Assembly (NCBI GenBank): GCA_951406725.2
Contig: OX597824.1
Span: 93,310,001-93,374,000 of the forward strand
Reading direction: 5' to 3'
DNA: 64,000 nt
Source: Octopus vulgaris
Lineage: Eukaryota
Shown: one piece after another, positions 56,972 to 64,000 of the stretch
Layout: each line of letters opens with the position of its first letter
How positions within the stretch are numbered: position 1 is the first letter of the stretch
Notes under the pieces: model-generated
Databases searched by the model: none
What the model saw: the letters and a program-made list of their open reading frames with translations, nothing else
What the model was told of the DNA's origin: nothing
Made by a program: the position numbers and the translations under genes

Positions 56972-57552
56972 AAGGCGGATAACTGGACGCATCGTTACCA
57001 CACCAGACAAAATGCTTAACGGCATTTCGTCCGCTTTTCATTTTTGAGTTCAAATTCCGCTAAGGTCCACATTGTTTTTTTTTTTATTTTCTGGGGTCGA
57101 TAGAATAAGTATAATTTCAGCACATGTATTAGATTTTTGTGGGTCGATAAAATGAGTACCATTTCAACACATGTTGCAGGTTTTTTGGAGTTGATAGAAT
57201 AAGTACCATCTCAGCACATGTAGTAGATTTTTCGGGATCGATAAACTAAATAGCATTTCATTACATATAGTAGATTTTACGGCGTCGATGAAATAAGTTG
57301 TATCCTAGCACATGTGGTAGATTTTTCGGAATCGATAAAATAAATAGCAGTTCAGCACATGTAGTAGATTTTACAGGATTAATAAAATAAGTAGCATCTC
57401 AGCTCATGTGGTAGATTTTGGGGGGTCGATAAAATAATGATCATTTCAGCACATGTAGCATATTTCTCGGGGTCGATAAATTAAGTAGCATTCCATCACA
57501 TGTGGTAGATTACTCTTCTAACACGAGATTGTTGCCAAAATTTCAAACCACT
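56972..57552 (+). mobile_element. SINE family B copy containing an internal 47-bp tandem amplification
   Basis: Head GGCGGATAACTGG...CAAAATGCTTAACGGCATTTCG...GAGTTCAAATTCCGC. The tail TGCCAAAATTTCAAACCA resumes after the array. Confidence 0.8.
57088..57511. repeat. Minisatellite, 9 x 47 bp
   Basis: Consensus about GGGGTCGATAAAATAAGTAGCATTTCAGCACATGTAGTAGATTTTTC, in register at 57096, 57143, 57190, 57237, 57284, 57331, 57378, 57425 and 57472. Confidence 0.95.
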
Positions 57553-57788
57553 ATATTAATTGATTTATTGAAATGCATGTCGTACAAATCAGAATTGATT
57601 CTCTATCGACGCATTTATGAAGACCAACGAATTCGGGAATGGTCGTTTGCGTAAGGCCAACACTTGATAAAATATGGAGACAGAATCAGCAATGGGAATA
57701 TGTTTCGATTCGATGCAAAAGACTCAATGAATTTTGTTGTCTTTATTTGTATTATTATTTTGTATTTTTGCTTCAATAATTAACATCG

Positions 57789-57828
<40 letters not shown>

Positions 57829-58757
57829 CATCATCATTATCATCATCATCAACAACATTAATACTATTATTTTTGAAATTCTGACTTCATTCAAATAACA
57901 TGACGTCTCTTATATTGTAATTTTATATTGTAAAACCGAAGATATTATACATAGGCTACAAGACGTAAATTGTGCAAAGATATTTGTCTCCACGCCATCT
58001 GTGTGTATGTATGTGTGTCTGTGTGTGTGTGTATGTGTGTGTGCCCCTGGCTGTGTGCGACTGAGTGTGTGTGTATGTGTGCGTATGTGTGTATATATAT
58101 ATATGTGTTATTTATATACATATCTTTCAGTGTGTATATACATATGTGCGTATACCTGTGTGTGTGTGTATGTATATGTGTATATTTATATACATATGTT
58201 TCAGTGTGTTTATATATATGTGTAGGTGTATTTATTGAGATCTGCATGCCTGCGAAGATGTGTACACTTGAGACTTAACGCTAAACATAAATAGTCAGTC
58301 GCATACAGAGACACGAATAAATGAAATTACATGTACAGACAGGCAATTACATATATATATATATATATATATGTACGCGTGTGAAGTTATGGATGTCTGT
58401 ATACTATAGTAAGCACATAACTGTGAAAAAAGGTGGCAAAATTAGTACTCGAATACTGGAGGTAGAGTAATGTGCTTTACTAATATAGCTGAAAAAACAT
58501 CACAAAAACTGTTTTTACGGTGTTTTTGCAGCTCTGTTTAATAAAGCATATATACATATATATATAGAGAGTGTGTGAGTGTAAGAGAGAGATATATATA
58601 CACACATGTATATCTATATATGTCTGTATCCTCTTATGCATACGTCTCTCTCTCCCCCTCTCTCTCTCTCTATATATATATACATACATACAAAAAGCGC
58701 ATTGTACCCAGCGATGTGTAACGATATCTGATAGCTTAGTCGTTCACGAGATCATGA

Positions 58758-58800
<43 letters not shown>

Positions 58801-58837
58801 ACAAACACACGCATACATAGTGCGACTTTTTATTGAT

Positions 58838-58887
58838 GTACCCGAAGAGACCCAGAACGGGTCGGAAAATGTGTTGTACCCAATAAA
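58838..58887 (+). ncRNA. Degenerate hammerhead-like motif followed by AATAAA
   Basis: GTAC-CCGAAGA-GACCC-AGAAC-GGGTC-G-GAAA-ATGT-GTT-GTAC-CC-AATAAA. Helix II is perfect and helix I is GTAC/GTAC. Confidence 0.4.
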
Positions 58888-59741
58888 CTCTTATACACAT
58901 TACATCTATTTTATCAATTCTATACGCACACATACACACACAACATATATATATATATATAAAATTAAGAAAGATAGAAGCCAAATTCAAAGGTCGATGT
59001 ATATATACATGCAATCCATATTAACGAAATTTTCCATGGTATATAATATACATACATAGGAGTATTCATCTATATGATATAATATATAAATTTTCTAAGA
59101 ATTTATAAATACACATGTATACACGAAAATTTATATGTATATATATATATATATATAATATGTCTGTGTCTATATATATTTACGTGCATATATACATATA
59201 CACACGCACGCACACACACACACACATATGTAATATATATATATGTATAACATTGAAATTAGTTTTAGAATACATAAGCAGAATAAATTAAACAACTTAC
59301 ACGCTAAAAAAATCTTAAGCACTGATAATGTGATAAAGAAAAGAAATTTATACAGAAATTAAGAAACGAAATACGAATATGTATAAAATAAAATAAAATA
59401 AAATAAAATAAGATAAAACAAAAATAAACTAGTGTGCGTTTATTTTCTATATATTTGTTTATTTTATTTGTAGTTGACTACGGTGATAAATTAGACTGAC
59501 AAAATGAACTAATAAAGAAGTGAATAATTAAAAATAAAATAAATGTACAAATAATGTAATCAAGAAAAAAAGAATAGAAAAAAAAAAGAAAAAGACGAAA
59601 GAAAGAAGGAAAGAAGGAAAGAAGGAAGGCAATAATGCAAAACTGGAAGTAACACTGAAGGAAAACAAATCTCAAAATAAACCATTATTCTTCGCATTGA
59701 TAATGCTCGTAGTGCTAACGATTATAATCCTCTGTTGTTGT

Positions 59742-59870
59742 ATAGGCACAAAGCCTGAAGATTTGGTGGAGGCGACTAGTCGAATACATTGACCCCAGTG
59801 TTTCACTGGTTCTTAATTTATCGACCCCGGAAAGATGAAAGGAAAAGTAGTCATCAGTGGAATTTGAGTT
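59742..59870 (-). mobile_element. SINE family B 3' fragment
   Basis: TAGGCACAAAGCCTGAA...TTAATTTATCGACCCCGGAAAGATGAAAGG. Confidence 0.75.
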
Positions 59871-60451
59871 GCTAACGATAATAATTTAGATAATATTGAT
59901 AATGTTGATAATGTTGATAATGTTGATAATGTGGAGGTATTGATTGGCGTAAACTTAGCGCAAGATGCATATTTTTATGTGCCTCTATGTTGTAGGTATA
60001 TATCAATGTCTAACATAGATAATTGTATGTGTATGTATGTATGTATGTATGTATGTATGTGTATATGTATGTATGTATGCCTGTATGTATGTTTGTATGT
60101 ATGTATGTCTGTATGTATGTTTGTATGTGTGTGTGTGTCTGTATTTATGTATGCATAGATGTATGTATGTTTGTATGCATGTACGTATGTATTTATGTAT
60201 GTATGTATGTGTATGTATGTATGTATGTATGTATGTGTGTGTGTCTGTATGTATGTATGCATAGATGTATGTATTTTTGTATGCATGTACGTATGTATTT
60301 ATGTATGTATGTATGTGTATGTATGTATGTATGTATATATGTATATGTGTGTGTCTGTATGTATGTATGCATAGATGTATGTATGTTTGTATGTATGTAC
60401 GTATGTATTTATGTATGTATGTGTGTGTATGTATGTATGTATGTATGTATC

Positions 60452-60650
60452 ACCTTTAAACGGAATCTAGATAAATCTCTTCAAGAGATACTAGATAAGC
60501 CACCTATACCTGGATACAACTCACTCAACAAGAACTCCCTACTCGAATGGGCCATGATGCCACAACCCTTCATTTTAAAAGGATTTAGCAAATCCTATCA
60601 GGTGGTACTATTATGTTAGACATGGCCTGCATCAATCTTAGGTCGAAATA
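60452..60650 (+). pseudogene. CR1-group LINE extreme 3' end
   Basis: FKRNLDKSLQEILDKPPIPGYNSLNKNSLLEW resembles the FK..LD.FL..IPD.P..PGY....NSL..W terminus. Confidence 0.7.
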
Positions 60651-60669
60651 TTCAATTCCACATTATAAA

Positions 60670-60960
60670 GATATAGGCGATGGAAGACAAACTACCCAGA
60701 CAAATCCTTCACACTTAATTAATCAAGGGGCAAAGAAACCATTGAGGACCTAGATTGAGATTGAAAAGTAGTGTAAAAAAACATGAAGTTTAAAAGAACT
60801 GATTGTCAAAAATGGCAAACGCAAGCGAAAAGCTAACCAGTGCTGAGAAAGTTTAACAAGCGATCATGGCAAAGCCATGAAGCCATGAAGCGTCATAGTT
60901 ACGACGACTGACTGCAAATAGACAGCTAAAGTTTAAGAGCACTCTATCTGCAACACCATC
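60670..60960 (+). pseudogene. RTE-clade LINE C-terminal relic
   Basis: MEDKLPRQILHT*L..G....GPRLRLK...K..MK resembles RM...RLPKQLLY.EL..G.R..GRPRLR.KD. Confidence 0.55.
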
Positions 60961-61235
60961 GATAAAAAACGTCGATACCAATCATGGTTCTCTCTCACCA
61001 ATACTTATCGCTCATTGGATGAAGTATCTCTTTTGCCGATCTTAACGTAACGGAATCGTAAACTACACACATACAAACATATATGTATATAGGTATACAT
61101 ACATACATACATAAATAAACAAATAAAAAAACTAGGACCATGAAGTTGGAAAACAAGCTTCTTACCACACAGGCACACATACGACACACAGACACACACA
61201 CATACACACACATATATTTGTATATAGTTTTATAT

Positions 61236-61352
61236 ATCAAAATAAGGAACAAGGATATCCAGAGGTAATGCAGTACGATCGTTTCATGCAACTCCATTGC
61301 ATGAAACGACCGTACTGCATTACCTCTGGATATTCCTGTTGCTTATATTGAT
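61236..61352. repeat. Near-perfect fold-back palindrome, about 56-bp arms and 5-nt loop
   Basis: 61255-61291 versus 61297-61333 match at 36/37. Loop CTCCA. Confidence 0.95.
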
Positions 61353-61539
61353 TTTAATCACTTTACTTTGAAATTGTATGGATAATACCATACTAAATTA
61401 TGATGCGTCAACTTAAGTACCATATTCATCTGAATCTATCTAGATATATATATACTTCTGTCATATCCTATGACCAAACAGTAGCTGTTTGTCTGACTTG
61501 TCTCTTTGTTTGTTTGTCGGTTTGTATATATGTACATGT

Positions 61540-61717
61540 ATTTCAAAGGGAGCCAGCCTCGTCAAAGTTTTGTCACGCTGAATATCTATGAAAACTACAT
61601 TAACGGTACCCATATCTGTGGAGTCCTCAGCCACTTGTACGTTAAATTTACGAACAGGCTGTTCCGTTGATCGGATCAACTGGAACCTTCATCGTTGCAA
61701 CTGACGGGGTGCCACGA
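61540..61717 (+). mobile_element. SINE 3' module, uninterrupted paralogue of 62685-62742 + 63306-63430
   Basis: GCCAGCCT.GTCA...GAAAACTACATTAACGGTACCC...TGTTCCGTTGATCGGATCAACTGGAA. Confidence 0.7.
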
Positions 61718-62564
61718 TGTTTATGTACTTGTTGATTTCACATATGGATTGCAATGCAGGAGAGACCTATCTTCAGCTATATACTAAAAAATCACAAAGA
61801 GTTTTGCAACTTTACCCAGCATCGCTCGTTCCAACAATGCAGAGCCGTATTCTTGTTACTGGGGAATGACAACGTTCTTCTGGACCACACAATAGTACAA
61901 TTCTATTCTACGTCATCCATTGAGACATTTCGTCAAACTGAAGGCCTCTGTAATGACTCTAGCAATAACAATTTCCTTTTGATTTTACCTGGAATTTTTT
62001 TCATTGATCTTGGTTTGGAACTTTTCCCTTGAAGCTACTGTTTTGTAAGGGACTCGAAACAAAGAAAAAGAAAGGGGCCTTCACATTCAAAAGATGCCCA
62101 TTGACAGAAAACTTGAAAGACTGAATATCGTAAACCTGAGGCAAATAGGAAAACAAAACGCTGGTAATGAGTCGCAGAAGGCAGTAATTCGACAACAAAA
62201 GCTATTACAGTAAACGATGACTAACACGAAGTTCAAGAGAGGGACGATGTACCTGGGTATAGAAGCGGGTGACACGTTTAAAGCAATTGAGATACGGTAA
62301 TAGTCCAGAGATTTCATCGGAGCAATCACCATGCAATTCCAATATTATATAATCTTTATTAATTCACCTCATCATTATTTGCAAAATATTAAACGGATGA
62401 TGTTAAATCTTTAATATATATTTCCTTTGTGTAAACTATCATTAACTTCACAAATGACACATGCTTGAAAACAAACACACATACAAACACGCACGCACAC
62501 ACACACACGCACATATCTGAAAGCATATGTCATTGTATGCAAGATATGTGTATAGATGTAAAGT

Positions 62565-63430
62565 GAAGGCGTGTGGCTAAGTGGTTCGGGTACTCGGCTC
62601 TCGATTGTGAGTTCAGTTCCCAGCATGGCACTTTATTTCCCATTCTTCCAGTCCATTAATCTGGCAAATAAGCAGGTGCACCTATATTTGAAAAGGCCAG
62701 CCTTGTCACATTCTGTGTTACCCTGCATCTCATTGAGAACTGCGAAAACGAGGCTCGTGTCCAATCCTCAGAAGGCAAGGTGACGCAGACATTCTTTTGG
62801 GACCAGTGTGGCGTAGTTATGATAGATTTTCTGGCAAAGGGCACCTCAATTATTATGCTTCTCTGCTGCAGAAATTACGGAATGTCATCAATGCAAAAAG
62901 GCGTGGCATGCTGACTAAAGGAGTCTGCCTCCTCAAAGACAACGTCCTAGTTCACAATGCGCTTGTTGCCCCGATGAAAGCACACTCTTGCTGCTGTGAA
63001 ATTGTTTCTCATCGCCCTTACTCATCATCCTTACTCTCCCAATGTTGCACCACCAGACTTCCATCTTTTCCAGACATGAAAGGAAGCATTTTTCGGATGA
63101 TGAACTTATTTCCTGGGTCGAGTGTTGGCTCCAGAAACAACCTACAGACTTCTACAAACGATATCCTCACAGCTGCATAAGGTGATGGTTAACGCCTGTC
63201 ACCGTTGGTGGTGGCTATGTAGAGAAGGACTAATAATTGTGCCACGTTTCGTTTATTCCAGTCCATGGGAAGTGGGTCAGAGGAATCTCCAATGAACACC
63301 CCTCGTACGCTAAGTGTACATACGTCTGTAGAGTTCTTAGTTACTTGCATTTTAATTTCACTAGAAGTTGTTCCATTGATCGGATCAGCTGGAATTCACG
63401 TTGTCGCTTACGACAACGTGGAATACCAGT
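62565..63430 (+). mobile_element. tRNA-derived SINE split by a mariner insertion
   Basis: Head GGCGTGTGGCTAAGTGG...GAGTTCAGTTCC. The body runs to GAGAACTG (62742) and resumes at TACGCTAAGTGTACA (63306). Confidence 0.7.
62743..63305 (+). pseudogene. mariner transposase relic (irritans/Hsmar2-like), 3' half with right TIR
   Basis: ARVQSSEGKVTQTFFWDQCGVVMIDFLAKGT, YYASLLQKLRNVINAKRRGMLTKGVCLLKDN and HPYSPNVAPPDFHLFPDMK, ending GGYVEKD*. Terminus ...TGAACACCCCTCG-TA. Frameshifted. Confidence 0.92.
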
Positions 63431-64000
63431 ATATCTAAAATATGAACATCTATCTATGTATATATATGTATACGTACATATTTAGGTTTTACTGAGGCAT
63501 TGACTGATTTTTCGTTCATATGAACATACGCCCCTAGTTCTTTTTTTTTTTTTTTTGTATTCCAGTAACATCAGTCCTGCCTACTCTCGTGAAATACAAG
63601 AACGTGGCAATCCTTAATTTCTACGACCCCTAGAGCTATCACGGCAAATTGTATATAAATAATTACTATTGACATTCTATAATAAAAATAACAGGAAATA
63701 GAAGTATTTGGCAGCTATGATGTCTGCAAAGTAAACATTTAATATGATCGTTATATACCGCAGTAAATGGTTTACGGTTAAGCATTCAGTCGATCCCGCC
63801 GGTATAACATCTCAAACACATATATGTTTACATTAAGCATACCTAAATAACAATGATACGGTTTCAATTCCCTTGGAGAAACAGGCACATTGCAAGTAAA
63901 TTATTCATTATAATTCTCTAAAGGATGTAATACAATTTCTAACACGGCTCACCTTAAGAACAATACCTTATCTCCATTTGTTCTTACATTGTTTACCAAA

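Noticed and set aside
61730-62340. LINE or gene fragment
   Set aside because: Complex sequence, but I could not read a convincing motif in any frame.

Overview
Very AT-rich, microsatellite-saturated animal DNA with no intact protein-coding gene that I can support. The SINE complement and the density of (TA)n/(CA)n/(TAGA)n/(TACA)n repeats suggest an octopus or other coleoid cephalopod intron or intergenic region (inference from recalled repeat families, not from a search). Nearly all ORFs in the track are translations of simple repeats. The window holds many tRNA-derived SINEs with shuffled head and tail modules, plus decayed Tc1/mariner, pogo-like, piggyBac-like and Helentron-type DNA elements. 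It also holds LINE relics of the R4/Dong, HERO-like RLE, CR1-group and RTE types, and several minisatellites. The most notable structure is a 647-bp insertion (48949-49595) bounded by a 12-bp target-site duplication. It joins a tRNA-like Pol III head and a (TAA)n linker to two tandem minimal hammerhead-ribozyme units, with a third partial unit inverted at its 5' end, i.e. a SINE/retrozyme-like element with Penelope-type architecture. Further hammerhead-like motifs are dispersed through the window, including one frozen in a fold-back hairpin centred on its helix II. Coordinates were counted by eye, and the boundaries of decayed repeats are approximate.
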